The notes beneath the pieces were generated by a model, which saw only the letters and a program-made list of their open reading frames with translations, was not told the origin of the DNA and did not search any database. The translations under genes and the position numbers were made by a program. Positions 10,617 through 21,594 of a stretch of 64,000 nucleotides of DNA are shown here, piece by piece. Location: positions 1 to 64,000 of the IMG/VR virus record IMGVR_UViG_3300046703_000335; one strand, written 5' to 3'. Position 1 is the first letter of the stretch. Each line of letters starts with the position of its first letter.

Positions 10617-11402
10617 TTATAAATAACTTGCGGATGCTATTTTATTAACAAAGGAATTTACAACAGTTTTAATATCATTATCTGAAGCAAGTCCACCTAA
10701 AGATTGAATAGTAGAGCTCATAGCTACCAAACTTGTCATAGATAACGTGAATGCATCAGGGTTTAGTAGAGCATTTGCAGCCCACTGTTGTCGTTCTGTA
10801 TCATTCAAATAGCGTACAGCACCATTAGCAGAAGTGGTGTAAGAATAAGTTAAATTTTGACTCAGAGTAAGAGTATTTCCAGCAATTTCAAATATTGTAG
10901 CTTCTTCATAATGGTTATCATCTTGAATAATTACTACTTTACCTATCCAAAATAAAAAACCTGAAGTAACAACAACAATTTTTTGTCCTGAATTAGCATT
11001 TGATGTTAAAAGAGTTTCTGGGATAGACTCATTTAAGATATCCTGAGCTGAAAATGCAACAGCAGCCTGGACTCTTCCTCTCATAGACTCAGAAATATAC
11101 ATTTTATGAACATTTGCAAGAGTTCCAGTGCCAGTAATATCAGCATTAACAGCATTGATAAGTTCATCATCTGCATAGTATGCTGCTTCACCAATTTGAG
11201 CTTCATTGTAAACTATGAAATTAATATATTTATTTTTTAATACTGGTTTTTTACTCACTTCAGATAGTCCAGTTTCATAAACTATAATACTATATGTCCG
11301 TATAGTACTCGGAACATGCTCATCTGATGAAGTAGCCTCGAGAGGAGTTCCAACTATTGTATAAAAGGCTGTAATTTCCGCTATTATCTCACTTTTAAGC
11401 AT
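10617..11402 (-). CDS. Hypothetical virion/tail-associated protein
   Basis: ORF between fibre genes; SD AAGGA. Confidence 0.55.
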   Translation of the reverse strand: MLKSEIIAEITAFYTIVGTPLEATSSDEHVPSTIRTYSIIVYETGLSEVSKKPVLKNKYINFIVYNEAQIGEAAYYADDELINAVNADITGTGTLANVHKMYISESMRGRVQAAVAFSAQDILNESIPETLLTSNANSGQKIVVVTSGFLFWIGKVVIIQDDNHYEEATIFEIAGNTLTLSQNLTYSYTTSANGAVRYLNDTERQQWAANALLNPDAFTLSMTSLVAMSSTIQSLGGLASDNDIKTVVNSFVNKIASASYL

Positions 11403-11417
11403 AATATTTTTCCTTCA

Positions 11418-11467
11418 TTTTAGGTGTTTAATGATGAATTTATTTTAGGTGTTTAATGACGAATTTA
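11418..11467. repeat. Tandem 25-bp duplication of the RCC1 gene 3' end
   Basis: ttttaggtgtttaatgatgaattta / ttttaggtgtttaatgacgaattta, one mismatch. Confidence 0.9.
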
Positions 11468-12677
11468 CTTTCCAAGAATTACCTTGCTTCTGATATATAT
11501 TTATAACTCTTTTCCAAGTACCACCAATATTTACAAAATAAGCTGGCCATCTATACCAAGTATTTGCAACATTTACAGGTATTCTATTTGTACCTGAACC
11601 CATATGGAGAAAAGAATGTGCTCCTACTACCTGAACTGGAGAGGAATATGATACAGCATCATTATGCCCAAGACGACCATTTGCATTGGATCCCCATGCC
11701 CATACTGAACCATCTGCTTTTAATGCCATGGAAAAATTATTGCCTATATTAAATTCTAAAAAACTATGATTTCCCACTACTGCTACTGGGGATGAACTGT
11801 CAGTTCTTGTATTATCTCCTAATTGACCAAAAGCATTAACTCCCCATAGCCATAATGAACCATTTTCTTTTAAACCTCCACAAGCACCAGATAACTGATT
11901 ATCTGTAAGCCCCGCAGATATGTATATAAAAGAATGTGAACCTATTACAGCTACAGGAGATGATTTATTTGTCGTTGTCCCATCACCTAATTGTCCATTA
12001 GCATTATGTCCCCAGGACCATGCCGATCCATCTATCTTTAATCCAATAGAGAGACCATTTGTAAAGCCTCCTGCTGCTACTTGACAAAAAGAATGGTTTC
12101 CTATTAATGCTACAGGAGATGATTTGTCTATTGTTGTATTATCACCTAATTGTCCAGAGTTATTATTCCCCCAAGACCATCCTATTCCATCAGATTTTAA
12201 AGCAATGACGTGTGTTGCTGCAGCATGTATCTTAGTGAAAGAATGATTACCCACTACCTGAACTGGAGAGGAATATGGTAATACTGTATTATTACCTATT
12301 TGCCCTTTACTATTATCTCCCCATCCCCAAATAGACCCATTATCTTTTAATCCAAATTCATTATTAGAAGTTGTACAAGCTAATATAAAGTTATGATTAC
12401 CCACTACCTGAACTGGGGAAGATTTATTAACTAATGTATTGTCCCCTAATTGTCCAGAGGCATTATTCCCCCAAGACCATAACTGACCATTTGATTTAAG
12501 CCCGATACTTGAGCTATCAGATCCAGAGAGTAACATAAAAGAGTGATTACCAACTACTTGTACTGGAGAGGATCTATCAGTAATAGTATTGTCCCCTAAA
12601 CTACCTACGCTATTATCTCCCCACATCCAGCATTGCCCATTTAGTTTAAAAGAAAAACCTTGGCTGTTACAAGACAT
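11445..12677 (-). CDS. RCC1-repeat beta-propeller protein, probable fibre-tip component
   Basis: About 7 repeats of WGxNxxGQLGDNT...SSPV.V; C-terminal FVNIGGTWK...WK phage fibre motif. Confidence 0.9.
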   Translation of the reverse strand: MSCNSQGFSFKLNGQCWMWGDNSVGSLGDNTITDRSSPVQVVGNHSFMLLSGSDSSSIGLKSNGQLWSWGNNASGQLGDNTLVNKSSPVQVVGNHNFILACTTSNNEFGLKDNGSIWGWGDNSKGQIGNNTVLPYSSPVQVVGNHSFTKIHAAATHVIALKSDGIGWSWGNNNSGQLGDNTTIDKSSPVALIGNHSFCQVAAGGFTNGLSIGLKIDGSAWSWGHNANGQLGDGTTTNKSSPVAVIGSHSFIYISAGLTDNQLSGACGGLKENGSLWLWGVNAFGQLGDNTRTDSSSPVAVVGNHSFLEFNIGNNFSMALKADGSVWAWGSNANGRLGHNDAVSYSSPVQVVGAHSFLHMGSGTNRIPVNVANTWYRWPAYFVNIGGTWKRVINIYQKQGNSWKVNSSLNT

Positions 12678-12688
12678 AATTAATTCCT

Positions 12689-15600
12689 TTAAGCAATATA
12701 TTGGATATAAATGGCATTATCTGGGTATCCCGCAGGATTTGGAGGAGCACTTGTGCCTGAGGATACATTCAAACCAACTATCCCAGTTACTCCTTGAAAT
12801 CCGGTTTCTCCCTGAGGACCACCAAATGCTCCTGTAGGACCTACAGGACCAGTACTTCCTGGGGGACCACCAAATGCTCCGGTTATACCTACTAAACCTG
12901 TTACACCTACTAACCCTGTCACACCAATGATGGATAAACCTGTTTGTCCCTGAGAACCTGTAGTTCCTTGTATACCTGTAGTTCCTTGTATACCTGTAGT
13001 TCCTTGAATACCAGTTACTCCTTGAACACCCAAAATAATAAGAGTAGTTTCTACATAGGCTGCACGAGTAGTCCCCTGATAAGTCCAATTTATATTTCTA
13101 AGATTAGTAGCGCTATTAAACCCTAAAACTCTAATCACAATTCGATCGGTACTAAGAATAGATATATCATTCACAATTGTATATCTAATCGTATAACTCG
13201 TGTCTATTGCGGTAAGTCCAGGAGTAGCATCTGTTGTAAATAATACAGTATATGTACCACTAACTGATTTAGTACATACTTCATATTTAACCGTACAAGA
13301 AACATTTGTTGCAGAAAACGTCCCAAAAAACGACCATATACCTGCTGATATTGTTGTTTGTCCTGGATATCCTGATACAGTAATATAACTATTAATTGGA
13401 ATTCCATTTGGATCAGCATTTGTAATAGCTGTTAAAGTCTCAGTTGTTTCACTGCCTGTTGCAGGTACTCTATTTAGCTTATCGCATCGTACAGAGAGAA
13501 TTGCAGTAGAAGAAGTATTTTCTTGAGTTAAAGTACTTGTTACTGCTAGAGTAATCGTTGTTGCTGTAACAGATCTTATTTCTACAGTTTTATTATTGCT
13601 TGTTGTCCCAGTAATTGTAATTTTACAACGGGCACTCCAACCATCTGTTATAAAGCTTCCAGCACCATTTCTCACTATTGTTGCAGGTACAGCATTATTA
13701 AAAGTAAAGGTATCACTAACGGATGCATTAGATACAGGAGTTGTTTCTGTACTTATAGTACTATCAAAATAGAGTCTTTGACCGGTGACTGCTCCTTGAA
13801 GGCCTTGAATACCAGTTGACCCAATTAATCCGGTGACTCCTTGAACTCCGGTGACTCCTTGAGATCCAGTTAACCCGATTAGTCCAGTGACTCCCTGAAA
13901 TCCGGTGGGACCAATTAATCCGGTGACTCCTTGAGATCCAGTCAAACCAATTAGTCCAGTTAATCCTTGAGATCCAGTTAACCCTATTAAGCCCGTGACT
14001 CCTTGAAATCCGGTGGGACCAATTAATCCGGTGACTCCTTGAGATCCAGTCAAACCAATTAGACCAGTTAATCCTTGGGAGCCAGTTAACCCGATTAGTC
14101 CGGTGACTCCCTGAAATCCTGTGGGGCCTATTAATCCGGTGATTCCTTGAGACCCAGTTAACCCAATTAATCCAGTCTCTCCTTGAGATCCAGTTAACCC
14201 AATTAATCCGGTAGTTCCTTGAGATCCAGTTAACCCAATTAATCCGGTAGTTCCTTGAGATCCAGTCAAGCCTATTAATCCGATGTCTCCTTGAGATCCA
14301 GTCAAGCCAATTAATCCGGTGTCTCCTTGAGATCCAGTCAAGCCAATTAATCCGGTGATTCCTTGAAATCCGGTGTCTCCTTGAGATCCAGTTAACCCAA
14401 TTAGACCAGTGACTCCTTGAGATCCGGTTTCACCTTGAAACCCAGTCAAACCAATTAGTCCAGTGACTCCTTGAGACCCAGTTTCTCCTTGAGATCCAGT
14501 CAATCCTATTAAGCCAGTGACTCCTTGAAATCCGGTGGGACCTATTAATCCAGTGATTCCTTGAGACCCAGTAAGTCCTATTAATCCAGTGTCTCCTTGA
14601 GATCCAGTGTCTCCTATAAGTCCTGTGGAACCTATTTGACCAGTAGGGCCCATTCCAACTGTCACTCCATGCTCAATGCAACTTGAACAGATACCCATAG
14701 ATGATACATCGGGAGAACCAATAAGTTTTTCTATTATTAAGTGGAGATAATCATTACCTATTACATTATTTTTATTAATAGTAAAGTCGAATTCAGAAAA
14801 ATCATATTGAGCAGGAGAAACAAAAGTTTTAGTTACTATAGAGGTATAGTATGGTGCCAAGATACCAACATTGGTATCCTTGTTAAATCCTTTATAAGAC
14901 AATCTTAGTGAAAGCTGAGCCCCCGCCGAAAGGGGCGTGTTAAGAATAGCACCAATTTTTAAGTTTATATCCCCAGCGCCATTCCATTCAATAGGCATAA
15001 CAATTGTAGAATCTATTTTTTCAGAATCAATACTATTAAATTTTAATACGGGGATATCTCCAAAGACATCAGAATCCACATTAAAAGTTCTCCAGGATTC
15101 CATGGGTAGAATTTTAACAAATGTTTCAAAAGAAGCTAAACCAGGTCCAGTAGCGCCTATTAGACCATTTATGCCTGTAGACCCCCGTAACCCTGTAATA
15201 CCCTGTGCTCCTGTTGCCCCTTTAGGACCACCAAATGCCCCGGTCACCCCTATAATACCAATACCTGTAGTGCCCTGTGCTCCTGTAGAGCCATAAGCCC
15301 CTTCCAGAACAATTGAAGACAAATCACCACTTAATATCTGAGTCTGTCTACCTACGGAATCTGTTTTCCAATATGCCTTGATATTGTGCGTACCAACAGG
15401 TAAATCTGAGGTTACTTGATATAAGATTTCAGATCTTTCTCGATTATCAGAAAGATATTCTGAAAAGAATGGACCTGTTTCTCCATCTGATTGCAAGAGA
15501 TAGCTAACTGTCTGAGACCCTACCGAGATATTTTTATATCTGAGAGACAAAAGTGATAATATTTTACCTGATTGAGTAAGAGTTATTGAGGTACTTAATC

Positions 15601-16477
15601 CTGTTATAGGTAAATAACTGAGGAATTCAATACCGGTAGGAGATAATCCGGTAAATCCTAATACACGCTCTACGAGCATATTATCCATGATTATCTGGGG
15701 ACCTGTAATTCCTTGTGCTCCTGTAAATCCTTGTGCTCCTGTAAATCCGATAGGGCCTATAAGACCGGTATCTCCCTGAGGACCACCGAAAGCTCCAGTT
15801 ATACCTACTAATCCTGTTACTCCTACTAACCCTGTTACACCAAGGATGGATAAGCCTGTCTGCCCCTGCCAGCCTGTAGGACCAGGTAATCCGGTATCTC
15901 CCTGAGGACCACCAAATGCTCCTGTAGGACCTACAGGACCAGTGCTTCCTGGAGGACCACCGAATGCCCCGGTTACTCCAATTAAACCGGTCACACCTCT
16001 TAACCCAGTTGTACCAAGGATGGATAAACCTGTTTGTCCCTGAGAACCTGTAGTTCCTTGAGGACCCCCAAAGGCTCCTGTAGCACCAGGTAAGCCTATT
16101 CCACCTGTAAGACCAATGAGACCTGTTTCTCCCTGTACTCCCGTTAAACCTGCATCTTTACTTATTCCTGTGACTGAGTCATTTACATAAGATACCAGAG
16201 ATTCTATAGCACCTTGAACGTTAGTTGAACCAGCACCTGTTACGGGGGAGAAACCTACATTGATAGCAGACAAACTATAGATATATGTGGCAAGATTATT
16301 AACTGCGCCAGTTAGACCTGATATATTCCCTTCAAGGATGTTTATCGCTCCAGTGAGACCAGCAATGTTATAATTGGCATTAGTGAGCCCCGCTTCTAAA
16401 TTATAGATATCCCCTTGCATACCAGTTATTTCATTTTGGAGCTCCTGGGAGAGCCATCTTTTAGTTATACGACTCAT
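12689..16477 (-). CDS. Collagen-like tail fibre protein with internal globular domains, 1262 aa
   Basis: N-terminal coiled-coil, several GxT/GxQ tracts, C-terminal SSGTSAP...IYIQY. Confidence 0.85.
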   Translation of the reverse strand: MSRITKRWLSQELQNEITGMQGDIYNLEAGLTNANYNIAGLTGAINILEGNISGLTGAVNNLATYIYSLSAINVGFSPVTGAGSTNVQGAIESLVSYVNDSVTGISKDAGLTGVQGETGLIGLTGGIGLPGATGAFGGPQGTTGSQGQTGLSILGTTGLRGVTGLIGVTGAFGGPPGSTGPVGPTGAFGGPQGDTGLPGPTGWQGQTGLSILGVTGLVGVTGLVGITGAFGGPQGDTGLIGPIGFTGAQGFTGAQGITGPQIIMDNMLVERVLGFTGLSPTGIEFLSYLPITGLSTSITLTQSGKILSLLSLRYKNISVGSQTVSYLLQSDGETGPFFSEYLSDNRERSEILYQVTSDLPVGTHNIKAYWKTDSVGRQTQILSGDLSSIVLEGAYGSTGAQGTTGIGIIGVTGAFGGPKGATGAQGITGLRGSTGINGLIGATGPGLASFETFVKILPMESWRTFNVDSDVFGDIPVLKFNSIDSEKIDSTIVMPIEWNGAGDINLKIGAILNTPLSAGAQLSLRLSYKGFNKDTNVGILAPYYTSIVTKTFVSPAQYDFSEFDFTINKNNVIGNDYLHLIIEKLIGSPDVSSMGICSSCIEHGVTVGMGPTGQIGSTGLIGDTGSQGDTGLIGLTGSQGITGLIGPTGFQGVTGLIGLTGSQGETGSQGVTGLIGLTGFQGETGSQGVTGLIGLTGSQGDTGFQGITGLIGLTGSQGDTGLIGLTGSQGDIGLIGLTGSQGTTGLIGLTGSQGTTGLIGLTGSQGETGLIGLTGSQGITGLIGPTGFQGVTGLIGLTGSQGLTGLIGLTGSQGVTGLIGPTGFQGVTGLIGLTGSQGLTGLIGLTGSQGVTGLIGPTGFQGVTGLIGLTGSQGVTGVQGVTGLIGSTGIQGLQGAVTGQRLYFDSTISTETTPVSNASVSDTFTFNNAVPATIVRNGAGSFITDGWSARCKITITGTTSNNKTVEIRSVTATTITLAVTSTLTQENTSSTAILSVRCDKLNRVPATGSETTETLTAITNADPNGIPINSYITVSGYPGQTTISAGIWSFFGTFSATNVSCTVKYEVCTKSVSGTYTVLFTTDATPGLTAIDTSYTIRYTIVNDISILSTDRIVIRVLGFNSATNLRNINWTYQGTTRAAYVETTLIILGVQGVTGIQGTTGIQGTTGIQGTTGSQGQTGLSIIGVTGLVGVTGLVGITGAFGGPPGSTGPVGPTGAFGGPQGETGFQGVTGIVGLNVSSGTSAPPNPAGYPDNAIYIQYIA

Positions 16478-16486
16478 TTTTGTTCC

Positions 16487-17569
16487 TTATTTAAGACAAT
16501 CATATAAAATCTTATTAACTTGATCTTTACCTAAATAGTATGGTATCCTAATAAGATTTATCTTATTATTAATACAGTATACGTCTTTTATTTTATCCCG
16601 TATTTTACACTCAATAAAGTTTGAAAACTTTTTGTGAGCATAAGGGCTGAACTGGAAGTGGTACGCTCCATCAAACTCTATGCAGGTATTCTTCTCAGGT
16701 ATAAAAAAATCAAATCTTAGTCGTATCTTATACTTACAACCAGGAAATGATTTATTTTTAATCGGGTTGTATCCCATCTCTTGAAAAATCGTGTCTAAAA
16801 GTTTCTCTCCTCTACTACCAGTACATTTAGGGCATCCAGAACCTGAAAGATGTAAATGAGGTGTTATATTGAAATTCCCATGCTTTTTACATGTTAATAT
16901 TACTTCCTTGTCTCCCCTTATATACGAAACATTAGCATATGAATACCTACTCCTATGAATCTCTATTGCTTTTTCTATAAATGTTTGGGTATTATAGCGG
17001 TACCCTGAGCATATTAAGCAAGCCTCGTCAGAATAGTATAAGTTGTTAGGAATTATCTCAAAGGGGCCGTGCTTACCACATACTAATGTTACTCTTGTAT
17101 ATTTATTTATGTAGTTAACCTGACTACAGCCATATTTATCCCCGAATTTTGATCTAACTCGTTTAATAAATTCAAAATTGTCCAGATGATAAGACTTTGA
17201 ACACTTAGCACAACCGCAACCCGATAGATGTGACTGTGCTAACTGATTGAAGAGTCCATGCTCAAAGCAGATTATATCTATTGGGTAATTTACCCCACAA
17301 AACGAGTCTTCTACATATATATACTTTCCGTTATGTATCTTATCAGCCTTAGTTACAAATTCTTTAAAAGTCAATTCCTTGCCTGAGCAATAATTACAAC
17401 CATAACCATATAGATGGCTCTTTGCATTTTTAAAGAAGACACCATGTTCTTTACAAATTATCTTTATCGGTTGACGGCTATCCTTATATAAGGTCTCAGA
17501 ATAATCATACTTATCCCCATGGACAGTTTTAGCCTTATTGAGATATTCTTGAGTAGTTAGCTTCTTCAT
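16487..17569 (-). CDS. Free-standing homing endonuclease: four Zn-ribbon repeats plus a C-terminal PD-(D/E)XK-type nuclease
   Basis: Repeats HGDKYDYS...IICKEHG...HL.G.GC..C; C-terminal RFDFFIP...IEFDGAYH. Confidence 0.75.
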   Translation of the reverse strand: MKKLTTQEYLNKAKTVHGDKYDYSETLYKDSRQPIKIICKEHGVFFKNAKSHLYGYGCNYCSGKELTFKEFVTKADKIHNGKYIYVEDSFCGVNYPIDIICFEHGLFNQLAQSHLSGCGCAKCSKSYHLDNFEFIKRVRSKFGDKYGCSQVNYINKYTRVTLVCGKHGPFEIIPNNLYYSDEACLICSGYRYNTQTFIEKAIEIHRSRYSYANVSYIRGDKEVILTCKKHGNFNITPHLHLSGSGCPKCTGSRGEKLLDTIFQEMGYNPIKNKSFPGCKYKIRLRFDFFIPEKNTCIEFDGAYHFQFSPYAHKKFSNFIECKIRDKIKDVYCINNKINLIRIPYYLGKDQVNKILYDCLK

Positions 17570-17814
17570 AGCCCCTCACCAATCAGGGTATATGTGAAGT
17601 TATGGATTGTATTTACACTAATAGTTGAAAGAAGTCTGTTATTTCCCCATGACACGCTAATATTTTCACTCATACTATGTTTATTTGCCAAAAGAGAAGA
17701 ATGGTGAATTGCTGATTTAGCAATATCTGGTATAGAACAGCTGATAGACTGATAGAACTTGTCAGTTATATTAAAATTTTTGAAGTAAATTTCAGATCGA
17801 TTTAGTGTATTCAA
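17566..17814 (-). CDS. Hypothetical protein
   Basis: ORF overlapping the next gene's start by 4 nt. Confidence 0.4.
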   Translation of the reverse strand: MNTLNRSEIYFKNFNITDKFYQSISCSIPDIAKSAIHHSSLLANKHSMSENISVSWGNNRLLSTISVNTIHNFTYTLIGEGL

Positions 17815-17928
17815 TACTGTCCTTCACTTAAATATGAGTTTAAAAAACTATATATAATTGAAGAATAGTATTAAGAGTTTATTATTCAGTTAGAGGAAAT
17901 TTTGAAGAGAAATCATTACAAAAAATTT

Positions 17929-18411
17929 CTATGATAGATAAGTATTAAGCTCATATGTTGTTTTCGGTACCCCATCCATCTTAAAGATATTCAGGACTAA
18001 TTGACTATTTTTCACTTTTTTATCCCCCATAGCCAATTCAAGATTTATTCGAGCGGTTTCACCCTCTGAGAGAGCACCTGTAAAAGTGCCTACCCATGTC
18101 TCACCCCCAGTGATAGGTGTCAATCCTGTTTTTTCTAAAGCAGCAATAACAACCTGGGTTATATCAGACAAAGAGCTATAGTAGTTTTGCTTTCCTATTG
18201 CATTTCTATAGGCACTTCTCTCTTTTTGAGTAATGTTTACTTCGCTATTAAGAGGAATAGTCTGACCACTTCCAAGAGGATTTAAATTAGCGCCTGCAGT
18301 CTTACCCAGAGCATCACTTACTTCATCTATTTCACGAGCTTCTTTTAGTAGATTCATAGATTCTAATTTATCAGCGATATTATCAAGCATTTTAGAAATT
18401 TTGGTATACAT
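17929..18411 (-). CDS. Hypothetical phage protein
   Basis: SD AAGGAG; helical N-terminus IADKLE..LLKEAREID. Confidence 0.6.
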   Translation of the reverse strand: MYTKISKMLDNIADKLESMNLLKEAREIDEVSDALGKTAGANLNPLGSGQTIPLNSEVNITQKERSAYRNAIGKQNYYSSLSDITQVVIAALEKTGLTPITGGETWVGTFTGALSEGETARINLELAMGDKKVKNSQLVLNIFKMDGVPKTTYELNTYLS

Positions 18412-18460
18412 GGCTATTCTCCTTTATAGATATAACATATATGAGCTAATTAAAAGATTA

Positions 18461-19399
18461 TTATCGAGATATCGAAAATCTTGAAAGAAAATCGTAATAA
18501 GAGAATCTTATACCATCTTTTAGATCAGTCATAGACTTCCACCCCAATGAATGTATCTTGGAGGAATCGATAAGTTTTCGTGGGGTACCATCAAGTTTAG
18601 TAGGATCAGTAGTTATTTTACCTTGATACCCAACTACTTCTTTAATAACATCAGCAAGATCACGTATTCGTATTTCAATACCTGATCCAACATTAATGGT
18701 TTTATTTTCATTATAATTTTCCATCAGAAATAGACAAGCATCTGCCAGATCATCAACATAAAGAAACTCTCTTAATGGGTTTCCAGTTCCCCAGATCATC
18801 ACTTCCGGTGAATTATTGATCTTAGCGTCATGAATCCTCTTAAGAAGTGCTGGAAGAACATGAGAGTTCTCCGGATGATATGAATCTCCTACTCCGTAAA
18901 GATTAGTAGGCATACAACTTATGAAGTTAGTCCCATATTGTCGATTATAACTTTCACACATTATTATCCCAGCTATTTTTGCAAGAGCATAGGGAGCATT
19001 AGTAGGTTCAAGTTGTCCAGACATAAGACTATCTTCCTGGATCGGCTGAGGAGCATATTTTGGAAAAATACAGGAGCTACCTAAAAGCAATAGCTTTTTC
19101 ACAGCATTCTGGTATGAAGCTTCTATTATGTTATTCTGAATTTGAAGATTAATGTAAATAAATTCTGCTGGATAGGTATTATTTGCGTGAATACCGCCGA
19201 CTTTAGCTGCAGCTAAAAAAACATATTCCGGATTTGTTTTTTCGAAGAATTTAAAGGTAGAGTTCTGATTAGTAAGATCGAGTTCCTGATGGGTAGCAGT
19301 TATAACGTTCTCAAAGCCTTCAGTTTTAAGTCTTCTAACGATAGCTGAACCAACAAGGCCCGTATGACCTGCGACATAGATCTTATCTTTGATATTCAT
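18461..19399 (-). CDS. fcl: GDP-L-fucose synthase
   Basis: [53 protein letters not shown]. Confidence 0.95.
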   Translation of the reverse strand: MNIKDKIYVAGHTGLVGSAIVRRLKTEGFENVITATHQELDLTNQNSTFKFFEKTNPEYVFLAAAKVGGIHANNTYPAEFIYINLQIQNNIIEASYQNAVKKLLLLGSSCIFPKYAPQPIQEDSLMSGQLEPTNAPYALAKIAGIIMCESYNRQYGTNFISCMPTNLYGVGDSYHPENSHVLPALLKRIHDAKINNSPEVMIWGTGNPLREFLYVDDLADACLFLMENYNENKTINVGSGIEIRIRDLADVIKEVVGYQGKITTDPTKLDGTPRKLIDSSKIHSLGWKSMTDLKDGIRFSYYDFLSRFSISR

Positions 19400-19448
19400 A
19401 TGATATAATTCCTCCTATAGAAGGAATTATAATCAAAAGATTATTACA

Positions 19449-20126
19449 TTACGTTTTATAGATATCGTTACGTATAAATTCTGCATCTGACCATATCCAC
19501 TTTTCTGGCAACTGCTCATGTTCACAAGAAAACCCCAATAAATCCATATACTTTTTCATCTCAGGAAATAAAGATTGACCAGTATAAGTTTCTTGCCCCC
19601 ATATCTCGGTATGTATGATTTTAACATCTGACAAATTTCTACCGAGACTTCTCAAGGCAGAAAGTTCAGCACCCTGCAAATCCATCCATATTATATCAGG
19701 ATTAGGGATCTTAAAAGTCTCCTGCACATCAATAAGTCTCATACATGGTATCTCAATTTCATCCTGAACATATGTTTCATGTGGGTACGTCCCATTAGAA
19801 ACAAATATAGAGGATGCCTTTGGATTTCCGTCAGCCCATGAAGTTAGTGTTTTCTTTTGATTAATGGGATGGAATTTAACTAACCCAGTATGGTCATTTA
19901 TACATATTGGGATGAAAGTTATTCTTGGTTTATTTACTATGTTTTTTGCGCAATCATGAATACACGCTGGATTTGCTTCAAAAGAATATATCTGGGCATT
20001 AGTAAAATAATCAGCAAGTGCAATAGATTCTGTACAATCACCCGCCCCAACATCATATATGACTTTTATTGTATCCTTATCTAACCATTTACTTACCTTA
20101 GTTAAAAAAGCACTCGTTATTGACAT
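19449..20126 (-). CDS. FkbM-family methyltransferase
   Basis: YDVGAGD, FEANP, IWMDLQGAEL. Confidence 0.85.
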   Translation of the reverse strand: MSITSAFLTKVSKWLDKDTIKVIYDVGAGDCTESIALADYFTNAQIYSFEANPACIHDCAKNIVNKPRITFIPICINDHTGLVKFHPINQKKTLTSWADGNPKASSIFVSNGTYPHETYVQDEIEIPCMRLIDVQETFKIPNPDIIWMDLQGAELSALRSLGRNLSDVKIIHTEIWGQETYTGQSLFPEMKKYMDLLGFSCEHEQLPEKWIWSDAEFIRNDIYKT

Positions 20127-20205
20127 TATGCTTTACCCCATTTAATAGATGAACATATTCTGTTTAAATTTTCTTCTACATTAGTTATATCGTTACCCAT
20201 GCCTA

Positions 20206-20799
20206 TTAGCCTTTTTTAAAAAGTGTCTGTCTTCCTGTGAATACAATCTTATACCCTTCTTTTAAAGCCTCTTTAGCCACTAATCTACCCTTACCTCCCG
20301 GGGAATCAATCGCCATAATAAGCTCATTGTTGAAAAACTCTACATCCGTATCATCAATTAGTATTAAGCAATTAGGATTCATAATTTTTTTTGAGCAATG
20401 GTATGCTTCCAAATGCTTTTCAGGACTCTCTGGTAAATCTACATCCCAAGCATCTAAGTATAAAAGATCTATTTTTTTAGTATAGCTCTTTATATACTCT
20501 ATACCATCCTGACATGTGGCTGTGCAGGTATTAATCGAAAACTTTTTTAAGATTTCTCTTGATATATTAGTCACATTCTCACTTATATCAACAGTGTCTA
20601 ACTCGAATCCTGAATTAGCAAATAACGCTGTACTATGCCCATCGTTACAACATATATGACTATAGTCCTCTATATTATGATTTATAGGTTGTCTTGATGA
20701 ACCAATTTCTAATACCCTATTACCCCCAAGACTCTTAACTATGCTTATCGCTTCTTGGATATACTTATAGGGCCTATCCCTTTTGCTCTGATCTACCAT
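20206..20799 (-). CDS. Class I SAM-dependent methyltransferase
   Basis: VLEIGS, IDLLYLDA, ILIDD. Confidence 0.75.
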   Translation of the reverse strand: MVDQSKRDRPYKYIQEAISIVKSLGGNRVLEIGSSRQPINHNIEDYSHICCNDGHSTALFANSGFELDTVDISENVTNISREILKKFSINTCTATCQDGIEYIKSYTKKIDLLYLDAWDVDLPESPEKHLEAYHCSKKIMNPNCLILIDDTDVEFFNNELIMAIDSPGGKGRLVAKEALKEGYKIVFTGRQTLFKKG

Positions 20800-20824
20800 T
20801 ATAATCTACCTTAATTAAATTTAT

Positions 20825-21594
20825 TTACCAAATAGTATTATTTACACACCAGGAATGAAGGGTAATTACATCATAATCTAAACTTTTTGAATTATTTATA
20901 ATTCCCTCTATCTCTTCATTTGTATAAACAGTGTCTAGGGGGTTTTCTTGAGGTTTGCCTCTAATTACTGTTTTTAGTTCCTTAAAGGCATAAAAACCAG
21001 GATGAAACTTATGCATGTACCCCCATAAATTTCTGGTTCAGCAGGGTAGCATGTACTATCTATTACTTCTTGAGATTTTTTTATAAAGGATTCCACAGTA
21101 TAACCATGACTTTCCAACATTTCATTTATCATAGATTTACTGAAGAAGTTCATGTCTGCTACGAAAGAGTGCTCAAAAACCCTCCCAAACCCAAGCATTT
21201 TTTCTTGAAAGTTAAAATACTGTACATGATTGTGGGGAACAGAAGAATACCATATAGGTTTGTTCTCTTCCGTAAAAAAAGGAAGAGTTCTATTAACTAT
21301 GTTATCCGTATCTATTGTAACATAAAAATCATTTTTAGATACTTTCTGAAATAACTTAAGAAACTGCTGGTATATCCAACTTGGTCGATGTTTCCATAAA
21401 AGGGGGTTAACATCTAAGATATCCTTATCTAAGTAATAATGAATAGTATCATCTTGTACCCCTAAATCAATTTTAGTTGGAGTACATATGTAAATATTTT
21501 CATACCCAGGTACATTATCCTTAATAGCTCTTAGGGTATAGGGTAATTTTATATAATCTTTTTTTGCACAGCACAAGAAGATATCAAAAGTCAT
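20825..21594 (-). pseudogene. GT-A-like glycan protein split by a 1-nt frameshift in a G5 run (ORFs 20974..21594 and 20825..21016)
   Basis: IDTD motif; ...GAA ATT TAT GGGGG TAC ATG CAT...; one extra G joins EIYG-G-YMHKFHP into one 256-aa ORF (770+1 nt = 257 codons). Confidence 0.7.

Noticed and set aside
15660-15695. [11 protein letters not shown] inside the 1262-aa fibre resembles the 1084-aa C-terminus IQNAVIERVL
   Set aside because: Too short to separate from chance without alignments
20126-20200. 24-aa ORF MGNDITNVEENLNRICSSIKWGKA coupled to the FkbM gene
   Set aside because: No SD and no recognisable motif; could be chance
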